Shown: positions 18,992 through 27,822 of the stretch, piece by piece
Layout: each line of letters begins with the position of its first letter
How positions within the stretch are numbered: the stretch's first letter is position 1
From: Candidatus Acidiferrum sp.
GTDB lineage: Bacteria; Acidobacteriota; Terriglobia; Acidiferrales; UBA7541
Direction of reading: 5' to 3'
Length of the DNA stretch: 64,000 nt
Assembly: GCA_035996445.1 (NCBI GenBank)
Contig: DASYJM010000033.1
Coordinates: 36,890 to 100,889 of the forward strand
The notes under the pieces: generated by a model
Told to the model about the DNA's origin: nothing
Database searches by the model: none
The model's input: only the letters and a program-made list of their open reading frames with translations
Position numbers and translations under genes: made by a program

Positions 18992-20857
18992 ATGGGCATG
19001 GCTGCTGGGGTCTCAGGTTTTTTCGATCGTGCACATAAATTCGATCGTGCACATAAAATTGTGGCGATTGTGTTGTCTGTGGTGCAGCTTGCGGCGCTGC
19101 CCATAGCAGCGGAAGAATTCCCGGCACAAACCGCCGCTCATAAAACCACCACGAAAGACTCGGTCCGTGATTCCAGTAAGCCAAAACTGGTGGTCATTCT
19201 GGTAGTCGACCAGATGCGCGGCGATTACATCGATAAATTTCAACAGCAGTGGACGGGCGGTTTGAAACGCCTCGTCAACGAAGGAGCCTGGTTCCGCGAA
19301 GCTGCCTACCCTTACGGGGCTACGGAAACCTGCGTAGGCCACTCCACTATTTCCACCGGGGCATTTCCCGCAAGCCACGGCATGGTTGCCAATGAATGGT
19401 GGGATCGCAAACAGGGGAAGGAGGTTACTTGCACCGCAGACGCCTCGGTAAAAAATATTCCCTACGACCCGACTGCTCCCGCTGCAAGCAATGCGGCGGG
19501 CAGCGCACCAAGTTCAACTATAAATGCCGCGGGAGATAGCGCCGCTAACATGATGATTCCCGCGTTTGCAGAAGAGTTGAAGTTCCAGTCCGGGGCCGGA
19601 ACACGTGTGGTCGCCTTGTCCCTCAAAGCGCGCGCCGCTATCACTCTGGCCGGACATCAAGCCGATGGTGTTACGTGGTGGGATGGAGCAACCGGATTGT
19701 GGCAAACTTCGTCGGCCTATCCACAAGCGCCCTTCATCGCTGAATTTGTGAAACGGCATCCCGTGACGGGCGACTATGGCAAAACATGGGCGCCTCTGCT
19801 ACCTGAATCAGCGTACTTATACGATAAAACCGCGTTCAATGCCGGACCGCCTCCCAATTACGGCGCCACATTTCCTCATTCTTTGCGCGGAGGGCCGGAC
19901 GTCGCGTTTTATTCACAGTGGGCCACAAGTCCATACGCCGAAACCTATCTCGCTCACATGGCCGAAGATGCCGTGGACAAACTTCAGCTTGGCCGGGGTC
20001 CTGGCATTGATTTTCTTTCCGTGAGTTTTTCGTCCGTAGACTACGTCGGACACGCTTTTGGTCCGCGCAGCTGGGAAGTACAGGACGAACTGGCTCGCCT
20101 GGATCGCGATCTAGCGGAATTCTTCACGCATCTTGATAAAACCGTTGGGCGAGGCAAATATGTCGTGGCCTTCAGTTCCGACCACGGCGTGGCGCCGGTT
20201 CCAGAAGATTTGCGCAAGACCGGCATAGATGCAGGCCGCCTCAATCTCGCGGACGTAAAAAATCGCATCGAGCAGGTGCTTGAACCATTTCATTTTGCGA
20301 AGCCTTCAGTATCTGCAATTGACGGTGCTGATGTGTACTTCACTCCCGGCACTTACGCCAAGCTGAAAAGTGATCCGCACGCGTTGCAAGCGGTGATCGA
20401 CGCCATTCAAGAAACTCCCGGGGTCGCTCGCGCATATCAAGCTGAGGAATTGGATGATCGGCCGGCCACGCGCAATCCGATTCGCGCTGCCGAAGCGGCT
20501 GGCTTTTTTAAGTCCCGCAGCGGTGACTTGCTTATCATTCCCAAGCCATACTGGATCTGGGATAACTCAGTGCCAGGCAAACCAAGACGCAGTGGCGGCA
20601 CTTCGCACGGCACACCGTATTTCTACGACCAACGTGTTCCAGTGATTCTCATGGGCTCGGGAATTCGTGGTGGAAAATATTACGAACCGGCTACGCCCGC
20701 GGACATTGCGCCAACGCTTGCAACTCTTTGTGGCATCACTTTGGCTACGCATGACGGCCGGACGTTGGTCGAAGCGCTTGATGGTTCACAGTCCGGGCAA
20801 GCGCCGTCATCTTCGCGGACACCAGCAACAAGCAATTCCCACATAGCGGATCGCTAA
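18992..20857 (+). CDS. secreted alkaline phosphatase / nucleotide pyrophosphatase superfamily protein (PafA-like)
   Basis: Signal peptide, then motifs VVILVVDQMR, ETCVGHSTISTG, SSVDYVGHAFGP, SSDHG and HGTPY. Confidence 0.9.
   Translation: MGMAAGVSGFFDRAHKFDRAHKIVAIVLSVVQLAALPIAAEEFPAQTAAHKTTTKDSVRDSSKPKLVVILVVDQMRGDYIDKFQQQWTGGLKRLVNEGAWFREAAYPYGATETCVGHSTISTGAFPASHGMVANEWWDRKQGKEVTCTADASVKNIPYDPTAPAASNAAGSAPSSTINAAGDSAANMMIPAFAEELKFQSGAGTRVVALSLKARAAITLAGHQADGVTWWDGATGLWQTSSAYPQAPFIAEFVKRHPVTGDYGKTWAPLLPESAYLYDKTAFNAGPPPNYGATFPHSLRGGPDVAFYSQWATSPYAETYLAHMAEDAVDKLQLGRGPGIDFLSVSFSSVDYVGHAFGPRSWEVQDELARLDRDLAEFFTHLDKTVGRGKYVVAFSSDHGVAPVPEDLRKTGIDAGRLNLADVKNRIEQVLEPFHFAKPSVSAIDGADVYFTPGTYAKLKSDPHALQAVIDAIQETPGVARAYQAEELDDRPATRNPIRAAEAAGFFKSRSGDLLIIPKPYWIWDNSVPGKPRRSGGTSHGTPYFYDQRVPVILMGSGIRGGKYYEPATPADIAPTLATLCGITLATHDGRTLVEALDGSQSGQAPSSSRTPATSNSHIADR
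19022..19057 (+). repeat. perfect 18-bp tandem duplication
   Basis: TTCGATCGTGCACATAAA x2, encoding FDRAHK-FDRAHK. Confidence 0.95.
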
Positions 20858-20937
20858 AATACCTCTGACGAACAGGTGGTTTTTCGGGACGGAATTCGCG
20901 GCGCCTGGCTCGCACTTCGTGCTATGCTGCGCCCGAT

Positions 20938-21876
20938 GTGACCTCCGCTGGCCCTGTCGATCTCACCGTTAACATCGGCGCTTTGCGCCTCAGAAATCCC
21001 ATTATTGCCGCGAGCGGGACGTTCGGTTACGGCCTCGAATTTGCCCATCTTATCGATCTAAACACAATCGGCGGTTTTGTTACTAAAGGTTTATCTCTCA
21101 ATCCTATGCAGGGTTCCCCGGCTCCTCGAGTTTGTCACACTCCTTCCGGAATGTTGAACGCTGTAGGGCTTCAAAATGTCGGTGTCAAAGCCTTCGTGAC
21201 GGAAAAACTTCCGATACTAAGAAAATACGATACCCCCGTATTAGTTAACATCTTCGGGTATTCACTTGAGGACTACGCGGAGGTCATCCGCATACTGGAC
21301 GATGCCCCGGGCATAGCGGGATATGAGCTGAATATTTCCTGCCCCAATGTGAAGCAGGGCGGCATCCAATTCGGTAGCGATCCTGCCATGGTTTCTCAGG
21401 TGGTTAGCGTCGCCAAGCGATCAGCGGTCAGCCGTCCCCTGTGGGTGAAGCTATCGCCTCTCGTTACAGACATTGGGGTTATTGCCAAGGCGGCGGAGGA
21501 AGCGGGCGCGGACGGGTTGACGGTGGCCAACACCTACCCCGCCATGTCGATTGACGTCCAAGCCCGTAGGTCCAGGTTAGGATGCGCTACTGGGGGCCTT
21601 TCTGGCCCGGCCATCCGGCCGATAACGTTGCGGCTGGTCTGGCAGGCGTGCAAGGCGGTGCGGATCCCGATTATAGGCCTCGGGGGCATCGAGACGGTCG
21701 ACGACGTGCTTGAGTACTTATCCGTGGGGGCTGCAGCCGTTCAGGTTGGCACAGCGAGTTTCGTGAACCCGGGTGCAATAGGAGGCCTAGCGGCTCAGTT
21801 AGAGGAGCGGGTTACAGGTTATAAGTTGCAGAACATAAAAGACTTAACTGAAGTTTTGGTACCTAAGTTGGATTGA
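20938..21876 (+). CDS. pyrD: dihydroorotate dehydrogenase, family 1
   Basis: Motifs AASGTFG, MLNAVGLQN, ELNISCPN, VKLSP and GGLSGPAI. Confidence 0.94.
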   Translation: MTSAGPVDLTVNIGALRLRNPIIAASGTFGYGLEFAHLIDLNTIGGFVTKGLSLNPMQGSPAPRVCHTPSGMLNAVGLQNVGVKAFVTEKLPILRKYDTPVLVNIFGYSLEDYAEVIRILDDAPGIAGYELNISCPNVKQGGIQFGSDPAMVSQVVSVAKRSAVSRPLWVKLSPLVTDIGVIAKAAEEAGADGLTVANTYPAMSIDVQARRSRLGCATGGLSGPAIRPITLRLVWQACKAVRIPIIGLGGIETVDDVLEYLSVGAAAVQVGTASFVNPGAIGGLAAQLEERVTGYKLQNIKDLTEVLVPKLD

Positions 21877-21932
21877 CCAACCGGCCGGGGGCTGGTACAC
21901 TTTTCAGTATGATGATGCGAAAAAGACACAAT

Positions 21933-22358
21933 ATGCGACGTTCCGTTCACATCCTCTATGCCTTCTTCCTATGGATACCGGTTATGTTCCTAGCCGCCCA
22001 ATCTATCGACGCGCCTTTGGTAGCGAGGTCAAATGAGCCTGTTAAGCCCCTCAAGACTTGGGTAGGGAACGCCAGCTGGTACGGGAACGATTTTGACGGT
22101 AAGAAGACGGCTAATGGCGAAGAGTTCGATTCTGAGGCCCTGACCGCAGCGCACCCGAACCTGCCGTTTGGATCTATCGTGCGCGTGGTAAACACTCGGA
22201 ACGGAAAGTTTGAAGTAGTACGAATCAATGACCGCGGCCCTTATCAAGAGGGACGCGAAATTGATGTATCCTATCGCGTGGCTAGAAAGATTGGCCTGAC
22301 CCATGCGGGAGTTATCAAGGTCAGACTCGAATTGATGCAGCTGCCTCAGCGGCCTTAA
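21933..22358 (+). CDS. rlpA: RlpA-family septal ring lytic transglycosylase (DPBB domain)
   Basis: Motifs ASWYG, TANGE, TAAHPNLPFG and VRINDRGP. Start taken as ATG 21933. Confidence 0.9.
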   Translation: MRRSVHILYAFFLWIPVMFLAAQSIDAPLVARSNEPVKPLKTWVGNASWYGNDFDGKKTANGEEFDSEALTAAHPNLPFGSIVRVVNTRNGKFEVVRINDRGPYQEGREIDVSYRVARKIGLTHAGVIKVRLELMQLPQRP

Positions 22359-22386
22359 CGAACCTCAGAAGGCCGGGTTCACAAAC

Positions 22387-23145
22387 GTGACCTTGACCTT
22401 TGACGCTCATCCACGAAGCAACCTGATCGTAGCCCTCGATTTTGATTCATTATCAACTGCGATAAAGTTCGCGAAGAACATTGCCCCCCTTGTGGGCATG
22501 TTCAAAATCGGCACCCAGCTTTTCACGGCAGCCGGACCGGCGGCTGTTAAAGAGATCGCCGCGCTGGATGTCGGAATTTTCCTGGATCTGAAATTCCACG
22601 ATATACCCAACACTGTTGCAGGCGCGGTGCTGTCCGCCGCTTCGTTACCAGGAGTTGAGTTGCTCAATGTTCATGCGCTGGGCGGCACCGCCATGCTTCA
22701 GGCAGGTGTTCAAGCCATCAGCGCAGGAGTGGCCATGGGCGCGAATCGCGCCAGGCTGCTTGCTGTGACGATTTTGACCAGCATGGATGACAAGTCTTTG
22801 GTGGAAGTCGGCCTCGCCGGCCCGGCGGCAGACCGAGTTACCAAGCTGGCTGTCATGTCGCAAAAAGCGGGTGTGGATGGCGTGGTCGCTTCCGTCCAGG
22901 AAGCCGTGGCGATTCGCGAAGCGTGCGGGCGTGATTTTCTTATCGTGACTCCGGGCGTGCGCCCCAAAGACGAAACTTCTTCAGCGCAGCGCGATGATCA
23001 ATCTCGCACCGCGACTCCCGCGGAAGCGATTCGTGCCGGTGCGGATTTCATCGTGGTGGGCCGCCCAATTCTAGCGGCCCGCGATCCTCGCGCAGCCATA
23101 CAAACCATCGTCGAAGAAATTGCTGCCGCAAAGCAATTTTCGTAA
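22387..23145 (+). CDS. pyrF: orotidine-5'-phosphate decarboxylase
   Basis: Motifs LIVALD, FLDLKFHDIPNT, VTILTS and VTPGVR. Confidence 0.96.
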   Translation: MTLTFDAHPRSNLIVALDFDSLSTAIKFAKNIAPLVGMFKIGTQLFTAAGPAAVKEIAALDVGIFLDLKFHDIPNTVAGAVLSAASLPGVELLNVHALGGTAMLQAGVQAISAGVAMGANRARLLAVTILTSMDDKSLVEVGLAGPAADRVTKLAVMSQKAGVDGVVASVQEAVAIREACGRDFLIVTPGVRPKDETSSAQRDDQSRTATPAEAIRAGADFIVVGRPILAARDPRAAIQTIVEEIAAAKQFS

Positions 23146-23250
23146 TTCTCTCAACTGAATTCCTCGCGCTCGCAATTTCGCGGCGCCTTTCCTTGACCAC
23201 GATGCAAGCCGCCGATAAGCTTGAGTTTCTCCTTCCCGGTGAAAGGTTCA

Positions 23251-25224
23251 ATGGACCAGATTCACGTTACATTACCCGACGGCAAAGTTCAGGAAGTGCC
23301 CAAAGGCACTACTCCGCTGGAAATTGCTCGCAAAATATCTCCGCGGCTCGCTGATGCCGCCCTGGTCGCCCGCATCTCTGCTGGTAATGGCATACCCGAT
23401 TCCAACGCTTCAGACCAAAGCGAATTGATCGATCTGCGGCGTCCCCTCGACTACGACGTGAAGCTTCAAATCCTCACGGAAAAAGATGCCGACGCGTTGT
23501 ACGTCTTCCGTCATTCCGCGGCTCATCTGCTTGCCGCTGCAGTTACTGAACTATTCCCCGACGTCAAACTTGGTATCGGTCCGCCCATCGACACAGGCTT
23601 TTTCTACGAATTCCTTCGCGAAGAACCATTCACTCCGGAGGATCTCGTCAAGATTGAAGCCAAGATGCGCGAGCTTGCCGCACAAGACTTGCCCAACGAA
23701 CGCAAACTTCTTTCCAAGCCCGAAGCCCTGGAGCTGTACAAAAAAACCAATCAGACCTTTAAGTGCGAACTCGTGGAAGAAAAAGCGACTGAGCCTATGG
23801 TTTCCTTTTACACCACCGGGAAATTTATCGATTTTTGCCGCGGCCCCCATATTCCTTCCACCAAGCGCATCACGGCGTTCAAATTGATGAGCGTTGCCGG
23901 CGCCTATTGGAAAGGCCAGGAAGCGAATCCGCAGTTACAACGCATTTACGCCGCGGCTTTTTATACTCAGAAAGAACTCGACGAATATTTGCATCGCCTA
24001 GAAGAAGCCAAGCGCCGTGACCATCGCAAGCTGGGAGTCGAGCTCGATCTTTTCAGTATTCAGGAAGAAGCCGGCCCGGGACTTATCTTTTGGCATCCCA
24101 AGGGCGGGCTGATCCGCAAAATTATGGAAGACTGGCTGCGCGACGAACTGTTGCGGCGCGGCTATGATCTGGTCGTCACGCCACATATCATGAAGCTCGA
24201 TTTGTGGAAGACCAGCGGCCACACCGGCTTCTACCGCGAAAACATGTTTGGGCCGGTGGAAGTCGAAAAAACCGACTATCAATTGAAGCCCATGAATTGC
24301 CCGGGGCACATCCTCATCTATAAAGCCAAGATGAAGAGTTATCGCGATCTACCTGTTCGTCTCGCGGAGCTTGGCACGGTTTACCGCTACGAGCGCAGCG
24401 GCGTCCTGCATGGCTTGTTGCGCGTCCGGGGTTTTACGCAGGACGACGCGCACATTTTCTGCATGCCCGCGCAAATTGAAAGCGAAGTCGAGGCCTGCAT
24501 GGATTTCGCCTTGGCGGTAATGAAAACTTTTGGCTTCGACAAATTTGAGGTGGAACTCAGTGACTGGGACGCGTCCCACCCGGAGAATTACGCCGGGAAG
24601 GCTGAAGACTGGCAGCGTGCCACTTCCGCGCTCGCGGACACCATGACGCGCATGAATATTCCTTTTAAGAAAATCGAAGGCGAAGCCGCTTTCTACGGCC
24701 CCAAGATTGACGTCAAGTTAATCGATGCAATCGGCCGCTCCTGGCAACTCACCACGGTGCAGTTCGATTTCAATTTGCCCGCTCGCTTCGGGCTCCAATA
24801 CATCGGCGAGGATGGCGCCAAGCACGAGCCGCTGATGGTTCACCGCGCCTTGCTCGGCTCCGTCGAGCGCTTCTTCGGCATCTTGATTGAGCACTATGCC
24901 GGCGCTTTCCCACTCTGGCTGGCTCCCGTGCAAGTCGAAGTCTGTCCGGTCAGCGAAAAGGTTGCCGACTACGCGCGCCACGTTACGGACACCCTGAAGC
25001 GGCACGGCTTCCGGGTGCATCTCGATGATCGAAATGAAAAACTACCCGCTAAAATTCGCGATGCCCAACTGCAGAAAATCCCTTACATGCTCGTACTCGG
25101 CCCCAAGGAATCTGAAGCTGGTACGGTCTCTGTGCGCCATCGTACCAAGGGGGATCTTGGTCCGAAACCACTTCCCGAAGTCATCGAGTCGCTGAAAAGC
25201 GAAGTGGAATCCCAATCTCAATAG
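23251..25224 (+). CDS. thrS: threonyl-tRNA synthetase
   Basis: TGS domain and motifs RHSAAH, FCRGPH, KPMNCPGH, LLRVRGFTQDDAH and MVHRA. Confidence 0.97.
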   Translation: MDQIHVTLPDGKVQEVPKGTTPLEIARKISPRLADAALVARISAGNGIPDSNASDQSELIDLRRPLDYDVKLQILTEKDADALYVFRHSAAHLLAAAVTELFPDVKLGIGPPIDTGFFYEFLREEPFTPEDLVKIEAKMRELAAQDLPNERKLLSKPEALELYKKTNQTFKCELVEEKATEPMVSFYTTGKFIDFCRGPHIPSTKRITAFKLMSVAGAYWKGQEANPQLQRIYAAAFYTQKELDEYLHRLEEAKRRDHRKLGVELDLFSIQEEAGPGLIFWHPKGGLIRKIMEDWLRDELLRRGYDLVVTPHIMKLDLWKTSGHTGFYRENMFGPVEVEKTDYQLKPMNCPGHILIYKAKMKSYRDLPVRLAELGTVYRYERSGVLHGLLRVRGFTQDDAHIFCMPAQIESEVEACMDFALAVMKTFGFDKFEVELSDWDASHPENYAGKAEDWQRATSALADTMTRMNIPFKKIEGEAAFYGPKIDVKLIDAIGRSWQLTTVQFDFNLPARFGLQYIGEDGAKHEPLMVHRALLGSVERFFGILIEHYAGAFPLWLAPVQVEVCPVSEKVADYARHVTDTLKRHGFRVHLDDRNEKLPAKIRDAQLQKIPYMLVLGPKESEAGTVSVRHRTKGDLGPKPLPEVIESLKSEVESQSQ

Positions 25225-25263
25225 CGTCCGCCAGTTTGGCGAACTTCCGGGCTTGGAGTCCGC

Positions 25264-25977
25264 ATGTCGCAAAAAATTCCGCGCCGCATCTTTCTCGCTC
25301 TAGCCGGAGGCGCCCTCGGCTTCCCAAAACTCCCGTTGGGAGAGGTTGATCCGCCTACCGTGCTTGATCATATTCTTCTCGGCTGCAACGATCTCGACCG
25401 TGGCATCGCCTTCGTCGAGGAGCACACGGGTGTCCGCGCGGCCTTCGGTGGTGTTCATCCTGGCCGCGGGACCCGAAATGCGCTTCTCTCTCTTGGTGAA
25501 AGGCACTATCTCGAAATCATCGCGCCTGACCCACAGCAAGCCGGAGCGCCAGACACGCGCAATTTGCGGAAATTGGCCGAGCCGCGACTCCTAGGCTGGG
25601 CCGCGCATCCGGGCGACATCAGCCAATTTGCTGCTCACCTCCGCAGTGCTGGCATGGACTTCGAGGGCCCCACTCCCGGTTCCCGAAAGCGCCCCGATGG
25701 TCGCCTGCTTCAATGGAAAACCCTGAATCTGAAAAACGACGAGCAGGGCGTGCTGCCCTTTTTCATCGAATGGAGCGTCGGCACCATTCATCCCTCCGCA
25801 GACGCGCCCTTCGGTTGCAAAATCGAGCGCTTTACGATTTCCAGTCCTAATGAGGTTGCGCTGCACGGTCTCTGCTCTCTGCTTAGTCTTGATGTTCACG
25901 CGGAGCACGCTGAAAAGCCACGACTGTACGCCCGCATCTCCGGACCCAATGACCACATGATGCAACTCAAGTCTTGA
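25264..25977 (+). CDS. VOC/glyoxalase-like protein with twin-arginine-like N-terminus
   Basis: Motifs LDHILLGC, GGVHPGRGTRN, YLEIIAPD and PFFIEW. N-terminus PRRIFLAL. Confidence 0.85.
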   Translation: MSQKIPRRIFLALAGGALGFPKLPLGEVDPPTVLDHILLGCNDLDRGIAFVEEHTGVRAAFGGVHPGRGTRNALLSLGERHYLEIIAPDPQQAGAPDTRNLRKLAEPRLLGWAAHPGDISQFAAHLRSAGMDFEGPTPGSRKRPDGRLLQWKTLNLKNDEQGVLPFFIEWSVGTIHPSADAPFGCKIERFTISSPNEVALHGLCSLLSLDVHAEHAEKPRLYARISGPNDHMMQLKS

Positions 25978-26044
25978 TCAATCCCCGCCATTGGCCGCTA
26001 GCTGATGACCCTGCTTTCCGTCTTGTCCCACTACCGTAACCGCA

Positions 26045-26053
26045 TGCTATACT
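26045..26053 (+). promoter_or_regulatory. extended -10 promoter for infC-rpmI-rplT
   Basis: TGc-TATACT immediately before a long hairpin at 26057-26098. Confidence 0.55.
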
Positions 26054-26160
26054 TTGAAACCCATCCCATAGCGGTTTTGTACTGTGGGTAGCGGGTTTAA
26101 TTTTCGGCGTTGCGGGCTTCGGATGTACTCCGCAAGGGCCTTGTGGCATTAGGGGGAAAT

Positions 26161-26745
26161 ATCGCAGAACGTACTTTCCGGCAGAGCGACCGCATTCGCG
26201 TTAACGAACGTATTCGGGCGCGCGAAATCCGGGTGATTGATGAAGAAGGCGGCCAGCTCGGCGTCATGCAGCCTTTCGAAGCTATAAAAATGGCTAAGGA
26301 AAAGGGCTTGGACCTGGTGGAAATCTCTCCCACCGCGGACCCGCCGGTTTGCAAGATCACCGATTATGGCAAGTATCTGTACCAGGCCAACAAGAAAGCG
26401 CACGAACAGCGTAAGAGCAGTCGCGGCTCGCAACTTAAAGAGGTAAAGTTTCGTCCCGCTACCGCCGAACACGATTATCAGGTTCGCAAGAATCAGATCA
26501 TTCGGTTTCTCGGAGAAGGCCACAAAGTTCGTGCCATGATTTTTCATCGCGGCCGCGAAATGGCTCACCAGGAAGTCGGTCGCGCCAAGATGACCCGCTT
26601 GCTGGGCGAAATTGGCGAGAACGGCCAAGTGGAAACCATGCCGCGCATGGAAGGAAATGTTTTGGTGGCGTTGTTGGCGCCTAAAAAAGGCGTTCCGGCG
26701 AGCAAGCCCGCGGGTCAGCAGGCCAACGCCCAGCAGTCGCAGTAG
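26161..26745 (+). CDS. infC: translation initiation factor IF-3 (probable ATC start)
   Basis: Motifs RVNERIRAREIRVID, LDLVEISP, DYGKYLY and KEVKFRP. A purine-rich AGGGGGAA precedes ATC 26161 and there is no in-frame ATG before the conserved region. Confidence 0.93.
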   Translation: MAERTFRQSDRIRVNERIRAREIRVIDEEGGQLGVMQPFEAIKMAKEKGLDLVEISPTADPPVCKITDYGKYLYQANKKAHEQRKSSRGSQLKEVKFRPATAEHDYQVRKNQIIRFLGEGHKVRAMIFHRGREMAHQEVGRAKMTRLLGEIGENGQVETMPRMEGNVLVALLAPKKGVPASKPAGQQANAQQSQ

Positions 26746-26799
26746 CGCACGTCACAGCGCCAAAATAATGAACGAAGTTATTGCGAGAGGATTTTAGAG

Positions 26800-27021
26800 A
26801 TGCCAAGGAATCGTTCCAAGCCCAAAATGAAGTTGAAAACTCACCGGGGCGCTAAGAAACGCTTCAAGGTCACCGCCACGGGCAAGATTCTTCGCATGCA
26901 TTCTGGCAAGCGCCATTTGCTCGGTACCAAGAAACCCGGCCGCATGCGCAAGTTGAAGAAGCTCACGTTGGTGAGCCCCGCCGACAACAGAAATGTGAAG
27001 CTCTTGCTTCCGTACGCTTAG
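26800..27021 (+). CDS. rpmI: 50S ribosomal protein L35
   Basis: KLKTHRGAKKRFKVTATGK. Confidence 0.95.
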   Translation: MPRNRSKPKMKLKTHRGAKKRFKVTATGKILRMHSGKRHLLGTKKPGRMRKLKKLTLVSPADNRNVKLLLPYA

Positions 27022-27306
27022 AGTGAAGCTCGGCCAAAGACTTTCAGCCTCAATTTATCGAAGCTGATGCAGTAGCAACAAAAAGTCGGGCGCAAGCCCG
27101 CGCCGTTCCGCTGAAAAGCAAAATGGCATCGCGCCAGGCAGCGCTTCACGGGTGCCTGCCGGCCGATAACGAGCCGCATCCATTGTTCGCCTCGCGGTGA
27201 ACACACGCGGTTCCGCAGTTCTACCGGAGACAAACCCGTTGCCGTACGCGTGTTCCTACGTGTCTGCGCAGCCCGTTGTCTCCCATTTCATTAAGGAGAA
27301 ACCCAG
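27022..27306 (+). promoter_or_regulatory. structured 285-nt rpmI-rplT spacer, candidate L20 autoregulatory leader
   Basis: Several hairpins, plus an 8-bp stem GGAGACAA/TTGTCTCC closing just before the SD AAGGAG. Confidence 0.45.
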
Positions 27307-27690
27307 ATGGCACGCGTAAAACGCGGCACTAAACGCCGTGCGCGGCGTAAGAAATATCTCAAGCGCACGAAAGGTTTTTTTCTCACCAAGAGCAAGCTGT
27401 ACCAATCCGCGCAGGAAGCCGCGAATCGCGCCGATCGCTATGCATTCCGCGATCGCCGCGTGAAAAAACGGCAGTATCGACGATTGTGGATCCAGCGCAT
27501 CGGCGCCGCAGCGCGCTTGAACGGCATCACCTATGGGCAGCTTATCCATGGACTGAAAGCCGCCGGAGTGGATCTCGATCGCAAAATCCTGGCGGACATC
27601 GCCGTAAAAGATGCGGCCGCGTTCAAGTTGCTGGCTGAGCAGGCGAGAGCAGCCGCGCCACCCCAGAAGAAAAAGAAAACCGCCGCCTAA
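27307..27690 (+). CDS. rplT: 50S ribosomal protein L20
   Basis: [27 protein letters not shown] and DRKILAD. Confidence 0.97.
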   Translation: MARVKRGTKRRARRKKYLKRTKGFFLTKSKLYQSAQEAANRADRYAFRDRRVKKRQYRRLWIQRIGAAARLNGITYGQLIHGLKAAGVDLDRKILADIAVKDAAAFKLLAEQARAAAPPQKKKKTAA

Positions 27691-27822
27691 CGTTTTTCTG
27701 CGCGCTGGCTATGTCGTCGGTTTCGTTCGGGCGCTAACGTTAGCACTCGAAGGGTGCCCCAGATTCGCAGTTGGTGTATGAAGCTGGGTGTTGGGGTTTC
27801 CGGCCTCAACTTGAGATCATTC

